Assembly (NCBI GenBank): GCA_046726415.1
Contig: JBKPAK010000128.1
Span: 1-26,026 of the forward strand
Source: Candidatus Methylomirabilota bacterium
Lineage (GTDB): Bacteria > Methylomirabilota > Methylomirabilia > Rokubacteriales > CSP1-6
Reading direction: 5' to 3'
DNA: 26,026 nucleotides
Position numbers and translations under genes: made by a program. The notes under the pieces are model-generated. The model searched no databases. It saw nothing but the letters and a program-made list of their open reading frames with translations, and was not told the DNA's origin. This document shows positions 25,924-26,026 of this stretch, piece by piece (within the stretch, counting starts at the first letter, position 1; each line of letters begins with the position of its first letter).

Positions 25924-26026
25924 ATGTCGCAGAAGACCGCGCTAGAGGATGTGAAGGTCCTCGATCTGACCCAGTTCGAGGCCGGAACCTCATGCACTGA
26001 GGCGCTCGCCTGGCTGGGCGCCGATG
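25924..26026 (+). CDS. Family III CoA-transferase, 5' end (runs off the window)
   Basis: [34 protein letters not shown], a close paralog of 57-1286; GAGGAG RBS. Confidence 0.88.
   Translation, partial: MSQKTALEDVKVLDLTQFEAGTSCTEALAWLGAD

Noticed and set aside
1-26026. CRISPR array, tRNA, rRNA, prophage or defence genes
   Set aside because: No regularly spaced repeats or recognisable motifs seen.

Overview
High-GC bacterial accessory-catabolism region. The gene mix and the ABC substrate-binding protein resemble Rokubacteria/Methylomirabilota (inference only). It holds about 20 apparently intact CDSs: family III CoA-transferases (a fourth is cut by the window edge), an Ltp2-like thiolase-fold protein with a DUF35 partner, three luciferase-like monooxygenases, a PPOX/F420-type protein, two alpha/beta hydrolases with altered catalytic motifs, SelO, NIPSNAP, an SDR, an orphan peptide-type ABC substrate-binding protein, a lactonase, two amidohydrolases and a double-hotdog protein. 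Between them lie at least seven gene remnants, which the ORF track shows only partly or not at all. The most notable hidden feature, at about 1505-1889, is the tail of an IS110-family transposase followed by an IS1111-like non-coding right end. This end folds by eye into a ~186-nt two-arm RNA resembling a bridge/seek RNA, and one loop strand is complementary to the DNA just outside the element. A 55-bp repeat (1431-1485, 6915-6969) sits at two gene breakpoints. No rRNA, tRNA or CRISPR array was seen. All calls come from motif recognition; no database search or folding program was run.
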